Positions 35,337 through 45,370 of a stretch of DNA of 64,000 bases are shown here, piece after piece. The stretch is from Carpediemonas membranifera BICM (Eukaryota > Protista > Fornicata). Both the position numbers and the translations under genes were made by a program. The first letter of the stretch is position 1, and every line of letters begins with the position of its first letter. The notes beneath the pieces are model-generated. The model worked only from the letters and a program-made list of their open reading frames with translations. It made no database searches and had not been told where the DNA came from. The stretch lies in assembly GCA_019828565.1 (NCBI GenBank), contig JAHDYR010000012.1:682001-746000 (forward strand), given 5' to 3'.

Positions 35337-36724
35337 ATGTCCGACCTTGCTGCTCCCCTTGAGGCTGTTCCGAAGCCTGATGAGAAGGCATACCTTTCAA
35401 CTAAGGCTGAGATGGAAGAGTCCATCAAGGGCCACCTCGCTAAGATGGTTTGTCCAAATTACGCTTCTACCCGATTACGCAGGACCAGTTCGGCAAGCAG
35501 CTTACTGAGGTGAACAACGAGATTCAGAAGCTGAAGTCCCAGCAGGAGGTTCTTCTTAACCAGGCCCGTGGTGCCTCCTCCGAGAGCAAGGCCATTGCTG
35601 AGAAGAGAGCGACCCTTGCATCCCAGATGGAGAAGATCCGGAATGACAGGACCACGTACAGCGCCAAGCTCAAGGAGCTTCGCGAGCAGCTGCCCTTCAC
35701 ATCGATCGAGCGCATCGATGAGGAAATCGCAGCTCTCCAGCACCGGCAGCTGTCCGAGACCCTCAACCTCCGCCAGGAGCGCGAGCTCATCGCCGAGATT
35801 GAGCGTCTGAACCGGTCACGGGCCCTGGTAGACGAGTACCACGACTGGGAGGTCAAGCTTGAGGGCGTCAAGGCCGACCTGAGCATGCTGTCCAAGGAGC
35901 TGTCGGCCGTCCGCACTGAGGAGGACGCCCAGCGCAAGGTCACCGACAAGGAGTTCGAGCAGCTGCAGCCCTTCCGTGCCCGCCGCAAGGAGCTTACGGA
36001 ACGCATCGGCGTGCTGAAGGCTGACAGAACCAAGGAGTACCAGCAGGTCAAGCGCATCGAGGGCGAGATGAAGGCCCTCGGATCGGCCTACTACGCTGCC
36101 AAGCACGACTGGTACCTCTACCAGAAGCAGCAGCGTAAGATCGAGGATGCCAAGCGCCTCGCCGAGAAGAAGCTCCGTGATGAGCTTAATGCCGAGCGCC
36201 GCAAGCGGGAGGCTCTCGAGCGTGCCCAGGAGCACCCCAATGCTGCCAAGATGGCCGAGTGCGACTCCCTCTGCGCCTATCTCCGCACGCTGTTGCCGGA
36301 GGAAACCGTCGAGGCAAAGGTCGCCGAGCTGGACGTCGCGGCCCTTGAGCAGGAGGGGTTGAAGGTCCTCGTCAAGAAGGAGGAGGACGTCGATTTTATG
36401 TCGATGCTCGCGGGCAGCAAGAAGGGCAAGCGCCGGCAGCGTAAGAAGGGCCTGGCTGTGCTCCACCTGTCGTTCGACTCGCTCAACCAGCTCGTGTCCC
36501 TGAAGATCGACGCGCCCCGCACCGTCGAGGCTGTCCCAGCGACGATCGAGGCCGTCGAGGCGGTCAAGGCGAAGTTGGACGAAGAGGGTAAGAAGGTCCG
36601 CGATGAGACCATTGCGAAGCTCAAGGTCGAGCTCGCCGAGGAGGAGGCGAAGACGGCTGAGCGGGCCCGTCAGGCTGAAGCCGAGAAGAAGGAGGCCGAG
36701 AACGTCGAGGCCAACCAGGAGTAA
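35337..36724 (+). CDS. Bfr1-like coiled-coil protein, two exons: join(35337-35447,35483-36724)
   Basis: Exon 1 has 37 codons (MSDLAAPLEAVPKPDEKAY…) and joins in frame to DQFGKQ…. Motifs ID.EI..L…ETLNL.QE..LI.EI..L and LHLSFDSL..L..LKI..P. Confidence 0.75.
35448..35482 (+). other. 35-nt spliceosomal intron GTTTGT…GATTACGCAG
   Basis: GT-AG boundaries; removing it fuses an ATG exon in frame with the long ORF, which otherwise starts at TTG. Confidence 0.8.
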
Positions 36725-36790
36725 ATCATAGGTGTTGCTTCAATGGAGGGGCGCTGCTTCAGCACTAATCAGGGTCATTTATGGCCAGCT

Positions 36791-37192
36791 TCATTGTCCG
36801 AGCTTGTTCTTCAGTCGGCGGATGCGGGCCAGGTCGAGCGTGTCCATACCCCTGAAGTTCGATGGATACTCCTCGTCGTCGTCGTCGTCATCGGGCATCT
36901 GGGGACTCCGCAGCATCTCGGCCTCGTACTCGCCATCCTCCATCGACTCGTCATCAGTGCTGTCCTCCTCGTCGTCAATAATATCGTCCTCGTCATCGTG
37001 TGCCCCGGGGTATCTGGTGAGCATATCGTCCATCTCGTGCTCGATGATGTGTTCGTCGTCATTCTTCCTGAAACGGATCTCCGTGACGCCCGTCTGGAAT
37101 GTCACTCCGCCTACTGGTCTCGTATCTGAGTCTTTCGATGGTACATATGCAAATTCGGCCTCATCGAGAAGCCTTTTGTTGGTATCGCTCAT
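36791..37192 (-). CDS. Small acidic hypothetical protein
   Basis: 133-aa ATG ORF, D/E-rich, convergent with the neighbouring gene. Confidence 0.6.
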   Translation of the reverse strand: MSDTNKRLLDEAEFAYVPSKDSDTRPVGGVTFQTGVTEIRFRKNDDEHIIEHEMDDMLTRYPGAHDDEDDIIDDEEDSTDDESMEDGEYEAEMLRSPQMPDDDDDDEEYPSNFRGMDTLDLARIRRLKNKLGQ

Positions 37193-37346
37193 GATGTTAT
37201 GGATGACCCCGCAGTTTTGCCACTTTCATCCCGCCCCAGGACTGTGTGGTTGTGTCTCGTGCGGTGTGGCGCCCTTGATGAACCAGGCGGGGTGATCGCT
37301 GAGACCATGGATCGCTAAAATCGACTATTTACACACCTTGCGGGCA

Positions 37347-38543
37347 TCAGTACCCGCTGCTGTTGAGAGACTGCGGGTCCGAGAACGCCAGCGACACCAC
37401 AGACTCCAGGTCCGAGTCGTCCTTCATCGTGCTGAGGTCGGACCCGACGCTCCCACGACGGGACCCGGCAAGGGAGGGCGCCATGGAGGTCGCCGAGCTG
37501 TACGGGTCCGGGAATGGGTTGATCTCGGATACGTCGACGGTACCCGGCTTGGGGAAGCCCGCGGGGATGGTGGGCTTGGGCTTCTTCTTCTGGAATATGT
37601 TGAAGGCGAGGCCGACAAAGACAAGTACGACCCCAGCCCATGACGCCATGGGGATGCTGTGTCCGTAGAGCAGCACGGACAGCAGGATAGTGAAGAACTT
37701 CCTCGTGGTCGTGGTGATGGTGGCCGACAACGACCCGAAGTCCCGAATGAGCCCGAACAGGAAGATCTGGCCCACCCCAGACGTCATGCCGAACGCCATG
37801 ATGGCGACGATGAGGCCTCTGTCAGCCTCGGAGATGTACTTCAGCGCTGTCGCCAGCTGGCCCGTTATGGTGACGGCGGCGACCCCGTAGACAACGGAGA
37901 ATATGTTGATGGAGAGCATCAGCTGCAGTGCTGAGGGGCGGTGCGAGGCAACGAACTTATCCTGCAGTGTGGCAGTGATCCCGTCGCAGGTGAGGGACGC
38001 CAGAAGCAGGAGGACGCCGAGGAGCGACGAGTCCGAGCCTGCCGCGCCCTTCTTGCGGAAAAAGGAAAACATGAAGATACCGAGTGTAAGCACGGCCACA
38101 GCGGCGTACTGGGCCTTGGGGTACCGCTTCCGAACGAGGATGATCGCCGCCGCCATCACGGCCACCATCTTGCACGACTTCGCCAGCACCTGGGTGGGGT
38201 AATCGACATGGGACAGCGCGGCGTTCGAGCAGAGCATCGACGTGATGACCGAGAGCCCCGTTACTGCGAATGCCCACCAGGGGGCACCGAGCCGGACTGT
38301 GTTGCCGAGGGGAGCCTCCGTCGTCAGCTTCTTGAAGACAGCGACCCACATGAGGCATGTACCAGCGATAATAGCGTTGCAGATGCTCTGTATGGTGATC
38401 AGGAAGATGGGGTAGCGGAAGCGCTCGCCTTCTGGGCCCCAGCCGACGGAGTGCACGCGTTCTTGCGCAAGGCCGAACATCATGAATGCCACATACACTC
38501 CTGCGACATAGATCGAGAAGCGTAGCGTCGTTTTCAAGGTCAT
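37347..38543 (-). CDS. Nucleotide-sugar transporter, UAA family (SLC35B1/HUT1-like)
   Basis: QE…F.YP.F; YPTQVLAKSCKM; DG.T…QD; GQIF.F; TTTRKFFTILLS. Confidence 0.93.
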   Translation of the reverse strand: MTLKTTLRFSIYVAGVYVAFMMFGLAQERVHSVGWGPEGERFRYPIFLITIQSICNAIIAGTCLMWVAVFKKLTTEAPLGNTVRLGAPWWAFAVTGLSVITSMLCSNAALSHVDYPTQVLAKSCKMVAVMAAAIILVRKRYPKAQYAAVAVLTLGIFMFSFFRKKGAAGSDSSLLGVLLLLASLTCDGITATLQDKFVASHRPSALQLMLSINIFSVVYGVAAVTITGQLATALKYISEADRGLIVAIMAFGMTSGVGQIFLFGLIRDFGSLSATITTTTRKFFTILLSVLLYGHSIPMASWAGVVLVFVGLAFNIFQKKKPKPTIPAGFPKPGTVDVSEINPFPDPYSSATSMAPSLAGSRRGSVGSDLSTMKDDSDLESVVSLAFSDPQSLNSSGY

Positions 38544-38649
38544 TCTGTTGCCCGATATTCTCGGCGCCGTTAAACGCCTACGTAGCTTGTGACAGGATAA
38601 GTAAATTGGTCCGGTTACCTAACAGCAGTCGTCAGCCGGTGTTTATGAT

Positions 38650-39780
38650 CTAAGCGCGGTTGTAGTAGCGAGCCTTCTCCTCAGCGGTCTGGTGCTTGCC
38701 GTGGCCGAGCTTGCTGCTGGTATCAATGAACTTGAGGTCAGCGGCCTCGATGTTGCGGCTGGTGGGCATGATGGCCTTGCGGAGGGTGATGACACGCTTG
38801 CTGGTGCCGATGACGGAGCCCTTGACGAGGAGGAACTCGTTGTTGATCTGGCCGTAGTGGGGGAAGCCGCCCATGGGGGTGATGGCCTTGTCGGTGAGAT
38901 CGTAGGAGGTGGTGGCAGAGTTGGCGGCCTGGCCGTGGGCGAGGCGGTAAATCTGCTTGCCGGTGATGGTGCGGTGGTGGAAGCCGTCCTGGCCGGAGCG
39001 GGCAACGGAGTAGCGCACGTTGGCAGGGTGCCAGGGGCCAATGCAACCGACGCGGCGGAGGCCGCGGCGGGTCTTGCGGGGAAGGCGGGAGGTGCCCCAG
39101 CGGGTGGTGACGCCCTCGTAGCCGTTACCCTTGGAGACGCCGATGGTGTCGACGAGCTCGTCCTTGGCGAAGATAGAGGAAGCGAGGACCTCCTTCTCGA
39201 AGAGGGCGTAGCCGAAGTCGACCTTCTCGGCGGCGGAGCCACCGTTGATCTGGATCTCCATGATGTGGGCCTTCTTCTGGGAGAAGGGGACCTTGGACAT
39301 CTGGGTGTGGGCGATCACGCGGACGACGGAGCAGTACTTCTTCATGCGCTCGAGCTCGGCCATGCGGGTCTTCTCGTTGGTGGCGTAGTCGGCCTTGTGG
39401 ACAGAGAAGGCCTTCTTCTTGGAGTTGTAGAAGTTCTTGTACTGGCGGCGGATAGCCTCCTCAGCGATGTGCTCGGCCCAGACGGTGGTGAGGGCGCGGA
39501 GACCGCGGGGGGTCATGGTGTAGCCGGTGATGCCGATGACGACCATGGGAGGGCAGTCGAGAACGGTAGCGGCCTCGGTAAGCTCGCGCTTATAGAGAGC
39601 GGAATCGCGGACAACGTGAGTCATGCCAGCCTTGAAGCCGATAAAGCCAGTAAGGTGAGGAGCAGCGTCCTTCATGTCCTTGGGGAAGGAACGAACGCGG
39701 CCGCGGATGTGCTTGCATCTCTTGCGGGGAAGGAAACCAAGGGAACCGTGGCGGGGAGCCTCGAACTTACGGTGAGACAT
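38650..39780 (-). CDS. RPL3: 60S ribosomal protein L3 (uL3)
   Basis: MSHRKFEAPRHGSLGFLPRKR…GFKAGMTH…IDTSSKLGHG; strong codon bias. Confidence 0.99.
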   Translation of the reverse strand: MSHRKFEAPRHGSLGFLPRKRCKHIRGRVRSFPKDMKDAAPHLTGFIGFKAGMTHVVRDSALYKRELTEAATVLDCPPMVVIGITGYTMTPRGLRALTTVWAEHIAEEAIRRQYKNFYNSKKKAFSVHKADYATNEKTRMAELERMKKYCSVVRVIAHTQMSKVPFSQKKAHIMEIQINGGSAAEKVDFGYALFEKEVLASSIFAKDELVDTIGVSKGNGYEGVTTRWGTSRLPRKTRRGLRRVGCIGPWHPANVRYSVARSGQDGFHHRTITGKQIYRLAHGQAANSATTSYDLTDKAITPMGGFPHYGQINNEFLLVKGSVIGTSKRVITLRKAIMPTSRNIEAADLKFIDTSSKLGHGKHQTAEEKARYYNRA

Positions 39781-40098
39781 TACTGTTGTCTTTCGCGAAA
39801 CGCTTCAAGGGGGTGTCGAGATGTGTCGAATGTTTTCGACTCCATCAATTTTGAGCCAATGGTGGGCTGAAGCTGCCTGGGGCCGGATGAATAGTCACGC
39901 TGTCCCTTTTTGTCTCCGACCGATAATGGTCCTTGTGCGGCTGACTGAGCAGTGGCCCGCCGACTGCGGTGGGGTGCTTGCTACGTCGTACTAACCATGC
40001 TGTCACTCCCGCCTGCATCCCCGCCGGTCGACTGACTCGACGGGATAACCTGCGCATTATTATTTGCCCTGCACAACCTGAGTCATCGTGCAGTTTAA

Positions 40099-40737
40099 GT
40101 AAACAGTTTATCGGACAGACTAGTATCACAGAGGTTCCGTAGAACTCGCTACACGAGGCGCACGATGCGATGCCACAACCCGAATTGTCAAGGTGCTCCA
40201 TGGTACAGACAGCAACGCCTCAATTCCGATCCTACCACCACTTGGCTCAATCTCTCCCACAGAGACAAGACTGCTGCACAGAACATCTTGGATTGCGGCC
40301 TCATGACGGATGCACAGTATCAAGCCAGTGCTTTCAGAAATCCAAGACCTCCAGCCCGTCTTCCCAACTATAACCCCAATACACCAATTACGGCTAACCA
40401 GCCGCTAGTCTTCGCCTCCGGGCAAGCTAATTGAAGTGGAGAGACGCAGTGCTTGCACTGTGCACTCTATGATACTTCACGAATTCCACATGATGAGTAT
40501 GAGAATCAATTGATAAAGTTTTCGACTCAGGAGGCAGCACTGGCGATGACGAAGGCGTTGGTGACCTGGATCACGAACAGCATGTTCCAGGTGCGGCAAG
40601 CCAACAACAGACGGCTGGCGAGGGCCGGCCAAGTTCCTTTATCTTATTCTGAACTCCTTGAGGAGGAACCCGTGGACGAGGGCGCAGATCTGCCCTTGGC
40701 ACGGGGTGATACCCGAGGAGTGGTTGTCCACGGATAG
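40099..40737 (+). pseudogene. Degraded ORF with one in-frame TGA; the first part resembles the Zn-finger/RuvC-III end of Fanzor/TnpB
   Basis: RCHNPNC…HRDKTAAQNILDCG…AFRNPRP. ORFs 40165 and 40453 share a frame, separated by one stop at 40432-40434. Confidence 0.35.
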
Positions 40738-40805
40738 CCGTATACAATATCATGTAACACGGTAAATGTTCATAAACACTTGTCTGTTCTTTAGTAGTTG
40801 CCACA

Positions 40806-43800
40806 ATGACGTCGCGGAGACGTTCAAAGTCGCTCGCAAGTGATCCAGCAGTCACTTCCCGGCCTTCGTTTTCCACAAGACTCCCTGTTCTTGAGAGAAA
40901 CGAGTTCCTGAAGCGAACTGCGCCACAGCCCGATCGGATGCTCACCAAAGCGCGCCCTGCGAACCCATATGTGAATGGACCATCGACTTCCAAGCCTAAG
41001 CAACCACGGCGCACGTCCGTCACGGCCGACGACTATCGGCTGGCCACCCGGGACTCCGCGCTGCTTACCCAGAGTGTGCTCACGGCTAAGTACTCACCGA
41101 CCAAGGCCACACCGTCCATGGCCTCTGCCAAGGCGGCGCGGCGGATCTCGAGCCAGTACACAGCCGCCCTGCCCGCCCTGGTGAGGCCCGCCCTCGGCCC
41201 GGCAGTCCGCACGCCGCTGTACGTGCCGCCCGCCATCACCACGAGCATGGCCAAGGAGGAGGCCGAAGCCGAGGTCGCCCCCGCTGTTCGCCGCGTGCTG
41301 CTGGACATCGAGGGGTTGTGGGAGGTGCTGCGCGTCCCCAACGAGGAGCGGGGTCTCTTCCGCCGGACCCTGGACCAGAGGCTCGCGGTCGACTGGGAGG
41401 TGCTGCCCCTGCTGCAGCAGTACCTCACGGGCCTGACGCAACACCGCCAGGACACCCTTGCCGTGCTGAAGTCTGTTATGCGGCGCGAGGTGCTGCTTGA
41501 GGAGCTTCGGGAGCTAGCCCAAGGCATGGACAGTACCACCCACCCCCTTGCCATCTGCCACACCCTGCTGCAGGTCCGGCGGGCGACCGTGGACTGTGTG
41601 CAGCGGATCGGGGCATGGCGCCGCACCCTCGCCCGACCCTACCCATTTATGTTCGAAGGCGAGAATTACATGACCCGCATGCTAACGGATCTCGACGGGG
41701 TTGACCTCAACGTGCTCTGCCGCGTCATTGGCTTCGTCTTTCTCCCGTCGTCGATCCACCCCCAGATCCGCACGAGGACGGAGGCCGTCACCCTCGGGTC
41801 ACTCGTCGCACGGCTGTCAAAGCCCATGGGACCCGCCCCGCTCCGCACCGACCAGGCCCCTGCTGGGCGGTCTGCCCTGTTCGACACACCCCCGCCGCTG
41901 TCTGTCCAGCTGCTCTGGGCGCTGTTGGGGGTCAACCCCGAGATCCTGCCACACCCGGCCGGGCTGGGGGCGGCGGACTTCACGACGATCATGCCGTCGC
42001 TGACCCCCGCCATGTTCGCCTCCCTGTGCGATGGGCTACACGTCCACCTGCGGACTCTCGTGCGGAACGGCAACCCCGCCATCCCCGTCAACTCCCCGAC
42101 CCAGTCCGTGTGCCGCGAGGTCGCCACGGCCCTGCTGACTGAGTACCGCCAGGGGCAGTGCCTGCGGTGCGAGCAGCGGGGGGCCGAGTTCATCGCCACG
42201 CTGCGCTGCTTCCCCGGTGCCGACCTCGTGCTGTCGTACCCCCTCGCGACGTTCCCCTACACTCCTACGCCAGACCCCAGCGAGTTCGGGGACGACTTCG
42301 AGGGCGACGGCCAGTCAGATTCGGACGAGGGTGCGTCCACGAACTACAAGAGGCCAGGCACCGCCACCGCCAGCAAAGTCAAGAAGACCGTGAGCGAGGT
42401 CGGCAGGAAGGACTTCACGGACGCCCCAGACTCCTCATCGTCGTCGTCGTCGTCGGACGAGTACGAGTTCGTGGATGCGGATCCTAAGGAGGAGGACGCC
42501 CAGCCTGTCAGCGCATTCACGGACGTCGACGGCGCCGCTCCCAAGGCCGACGGCCAGGACGTCCTCGAGTTCGAGAAGTGCTCGAGCTCTGACTCCGGGG
42601 AGTCGGACACGTCCAAGTCTGGCGACGACGTCATCCCCTCGTACGCCGAGGACTCCAGCTCCGACTCCAGCGACTCAGAGCCTGAGGTCCCGGTCGCCGC
42701 CGTCATGGGGCCCGGCGGGGCCAAGCACATGCACGCTGAGCCCTGCGAGGTCACCGCCACCCCGACGAGACCCGGCCGCGTGTCGTTCGCGGACGACCAG
42801 GCCGGGCCCAGGGCGAGCGAGCTGACTGTGCCGGTGACCCCGGTCCGCCATGACTCCGATGACTCGAGCGACTCTGACTCGAGTTCCGACTCTGGCAGTG
42901 ACTCCGACCGCCCCGTGGTGACACCGCAGACGAAGCCACGCCACGTCGAGACCCCCGTCGAGACCCCCGTCACCTCCACCTGGAAGCCGGGTATGGTGCA
43001 AGAGGTCGGGCGAGACTCGGTCGTCGCCACCGTCATCGCCCCGTCCATGGAGGACCGCGGGTTCAGACCGGTCGACTCCGACAGTGCTACCAGCAGTCCC
43101 GAGCGTTCTGAGTCGCCCAAGCGTTCTGATTCCCCTGAGCGTTCTGAGTCTCCTGAGCGCGCTGAGTCGCCCAAGCGTTCTGAATCTCCTGAGCGCGCTG
43201 AGTCGCCCAAGCGTTCTGATTCCCCTGAGCGTTCTGAGTCTCCTGAGCGCGCTGAGTCGCCCAAGCGTTCTCAGTCTCCTGAGCGCGCTGAGTCGCCCAA
43301 GCGTTCTGATTCCCCTGAGCGTTCTGAGTCTCCTGAGCGCGCTGAGTCGCCCAAGCGTTCTGAATCTCCTGAGCGCGCTGAGTCGCCCAAGCGTTCTGAT
43401 TCCCCTGAGCGTTCTGAGTCTCCTGAGCGCGCTGAGTCGCCCAAGCGTTCTGAATCTCCTGAGCGCGCTGAGTCGCCCAAGCGTTCTGAATCTCCTGAGC
43501 GTTCTGAGTCGCCCAAGCGTTCTCAGTCTCCTGAGCGCGCTGAGTCGCCCAAGCGTTCTGATTCCCCTGAGCGTTCTGAGTCTCCTGAGCGCGCTGAGTC
43601 GCCCAAGCGTTCTGAATCTCCTGAGCGCGCTGAGTCGCCCAAGCGTTCTGAATCTCTTGAGCGTGTTGAGTCGCCCAAGCGTTCTCAGTCTCCTGAGCGC
43701 GCTGAGTCGCCCAAGCGTTCTGATTCCCCTGAGCGTTCTGAGTCTCCTGAGCGTTCTGAGTCGCCCAAGCGTTCTCAGTCTCCTGAGCGCGCTGAGTCGC

Positions 43801-45314
43801 CCAAGCGTTCTCAGTCTCCTGAGCGCGCTGAGTCGCCCAAGCGTTCTGATTCCCCTGAGCGTTCTGAGTCTCCTGAGCGTTCTGAGTCGCCCAAGCGTTC
43901 TCAGTCTCCTGAGCGCGCTGAGTCGCCCAAGCGTTCTGAATCTCCTGAGCGCGCTGAGTCGCCCAAGCGTTCTGAATCTCTTGAGCGTGTTGAGTCGCCC
44001 AAGCGTTCTCAGTCTCCTGAGCGCGCTGAGTCGCCCAAGCGTTCTGATTCCCCTGAGCGTTCTGAGTCTCCTGAGCGTTCTGAGTCGCCCAAGCGTTCTC
44101 AGTCTCCTGAGCGCGCTGAGTCGCCCAAGCGTTCTCAGTCTCCTGAGCGCGCTGAGTCGCCCAAGCGTTCTGATTCCCCTGAGCGTTCTGAGTCTCCTGA
44201 GCGTTCTGAGTCGCCCAAGCGTTCTCAGTCTCCTGAGCGCGCTGAGTCGCCCAAGCGTTCTGATTCCCCTGAGCGTTCTGAGTCTCCTGAGCGCGCTGAG
44301 TCGCCCAAGCGTTCTGAATCTCCTGAGCGCGCTGAGTCGCCCAAGCGTTCTGAGTCTCCTAAGCGTTCTGAGTCTCCTGAGCGCGCTGAGTCGCCCAAGC
44401 GTTCTCAGTCTCCTGAGCGCGCTGAGTCGCCCAAGCGTTCTGAATCTCCTGAGCGTTCTGAGTCGCCCAAGCGTTCTGATTCCCCTGAGCGTTCTGAGTC
44501 TCCTGAGCGCGCTGAGTCGCCCAAGCGTTCTGAATCTACTGAGCGCGCTGAGTCGCCCAAGCGTTCTGAATCTCCTGAGCGCGCTGAGTCGCCCAAGCGT
44601 TCTGAGTCTCCTGAGCGTTCTGAGTCTCCTGAGCGCGCTGAGTCGCCCAAGCGTTCTGAATCTCCTGAGCGCGCTGAGTCGCCCAAGCGTTCTGATTCCC
44701 CTGAGCGTTCTGAGTCTCCTGAGCGCGCTGAGTCGCCCAAGCGTTCTGATTCCCCTGAGCGTTCTGAGTCGCCCAAGCGTTCTGAATCTCCTGAGCGCGC
44801 TGAGTCGCCCAAGCGTTCTGATTCCCCTGAGCGTTCTGAGTCTCCTGAGCGCGCTGAGTCGCCCAAGCGTTCTGAATCTCCTGAGCGCGCTGAGTCGCCC
44901 AAGCGTTCTGATTCCCCTGAGCGCGCTGAGTCGCCCAAGCGTTCTGAGTCTCCTGAGCGTTCTGAATCTCCTGAGCGCGCTGAGTCGCCCAAGCGTTCTG
45001 AATCTCCTGAGCGCGCTGAGTCGCCCAAGCGCGCCGATTCGTTTGATTTCTCTTACTCTCCGAAGCGCGAGGCCTCTCCCGAGCCCGCCCCCAGCACGCG
45101 GTCCCGCCCCGTCTCGCCCCCCAAGTCGGGCCCGACCCACCGCACAACGCCGTCCGTGCCCGAGGGGCTGCCGTCATCCGATGGCGGCCGGGCGTCGCCC
45201 CCGACGTCGCCGCTCCCTGGTATGTTCAGGGACGGCATGGGGGTGACTCCGATCGACCAGGTCGTGGGTGACGTGGTCAGAAACGAACTTGTGCGGGAGA
45301 CGAGTCTGAACTGA
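40806..45314 (+). CDS. Large protein with a helical N-terminal domain, acidic Ser-rich linker and about 108 xSP(E/K)Rx hexapeptide repeats
   Basis: 1502-aa ATG ORF with unique sequence on both sides of the repeat in the same frame. Confidence 0.85.
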   Translation: MTSRRRSKSLASDPAVTSRPSFSTRLPVLERNEFLKRTAPQPDRMLTKARPANPYVNGPSTSKPKQPRRTSVTADDYRLATRDSALLTQSVLTAKYSPTKATPSMASAKAARRISSQYTAALPALVRPALGPAVRTPLYVPPAITTSMAKEEAEAEVAPAVRRVLLDIEGLWEVLRVPNEERGLFRRTLDQRLAVDWEVLPLLQQYLTGLTQHRQDTLAVLKSVMRREVLLEELRELAQGMDSTTHPLAICHTLLQVRRATVDCVQRIGAWRRTLARPYPFMFEGENYMTRMLTDLDGVDLNVLCRVIGFVFLPSSIHPQIRTRTEAVTLGSLVARLSKPMGPAPLRTDQAPAGRSALFDTPPPLSVQLLWALLGVNPEILPHPAGLGAADFTTIMPSLTPAMFASLCDGLHVHLRTLVRNGNPAIPVNSPTQSVCREVATALLTEYRQGQCLRCEQRGAEFIATLRCFPGADLVLSYPLATFPYTPTPDPSEFGDDFEGDGQSDSDEGASTNYKRPGTATASKVKKTVSEVGRKDFTDAPDSSSSSSSSDEYEFVDADPKEEDAQPVSAFTDVDGAAPKADGQDVLEFEKCSSSDSGESDTSKSGDDVIPSYAEDSSSDSSDSEPEVPVAAVMGPGGAKHMHAEPCEVTATPTRPGRVSFADDQAGPRASELTVPVTPVRHDSDDSSDSDSSSDSGSDSDRPVVTPQTKPRHVETPVETPVTSTWKPGMVQEVGRDSVVATVIAPSMEDRGFRPVDSDSATSSPERSESPKRSDSPERSESPERAESPKRSESPERAESPKRSDSPERSESPERAESPKRSQSPERAESPKRSDSPERSESPERAESPKRSESPERAESPKRSDSPERSESPERAESPKRSESPERAESPKRSESPERSESPKRSQSPERAESPKRSDSPERSESPERAESPKRSESPERAESPKRSESLERVESPKRSQSPERAESPKRSDSPERSESPERSESPKRSQSPERAESPKRSQSPERAESPKRSDSPERSESPERSESPKRSQSPERAESPKRSESPERAESPKRSESLERVESPKRSQSPERAESPKRSDSPERSESPERSESPKRSQSPERAESPKRSQSPERAESPKRSDSPERSESPERSESPKRSQSPERAESPKRSDSPERSESPERAESPKRSESPERAESPKRSESPKRSESPERAESPKRSQSPERAESPKRSESPERSESPKRSDSPERSESPERAESPKRSESTERAESPKRSESPERAESPKRSESPERSESPERAESPKRSESPERAESPKRSDSPERSESPERAESPKRSDSPERSESPKRSESPERAESPKRSDSPERSESPERAESPKRSESPERAESPKRSDSPERAESPKRSESPERSESPERAESPKRSESPERAESPKRADSFDFSYSPKREASPEPAPSTRSRPVSPPKSGPTHRTTPSVPEGLPSSDGGRASPPTSPLPGMFRDGMGVTPIDQVVGDVVRNELVRETSLN
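43095..45035. repeat. Coding minisatellite with an 18-bp unit and higher-order structure
   Basis: Units gagtcgcccaagcgttct, gagtctcctgagcgcgct, gattcccctgagcgttct and variants. Confidence 0.98.
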
Positions 45315-45370
45315 CCAGACCCACACTCGCTGTAAATAATTAGTTTAAGAGGACTTTACTAATATACAGG

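Noticed and set aside
38692-39870. 392-aa antisense ORF opposite RPL3
   Set aside because: Typical consequence of strong codon bias in a highly expressed GC-rich gene.
39880-40095. Possible ncRNA or intron (TACTAAC, GC stems) upstream of RPL3
   Set aside because: No convincing snoRNA boxes, tRNA fold or splice pair could be established by eye.
40432-40434. TGA reassignment (alternative genetic code) suggested by in-frame TGAs at 40432 and 60438
   Set aside because: Host genes terminate at TGA, TAA and TAG, and conserved genes contain no internal stops.
42675-45246. 720-aa (+) and 821-aa (-) ORFs and other alternative frames over the 18-bp array
   Set aside because: These are shadow frames of a stop-poor repeat. 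Only the 40806-45314 frame has substantial unique coding sequence with a proper start.
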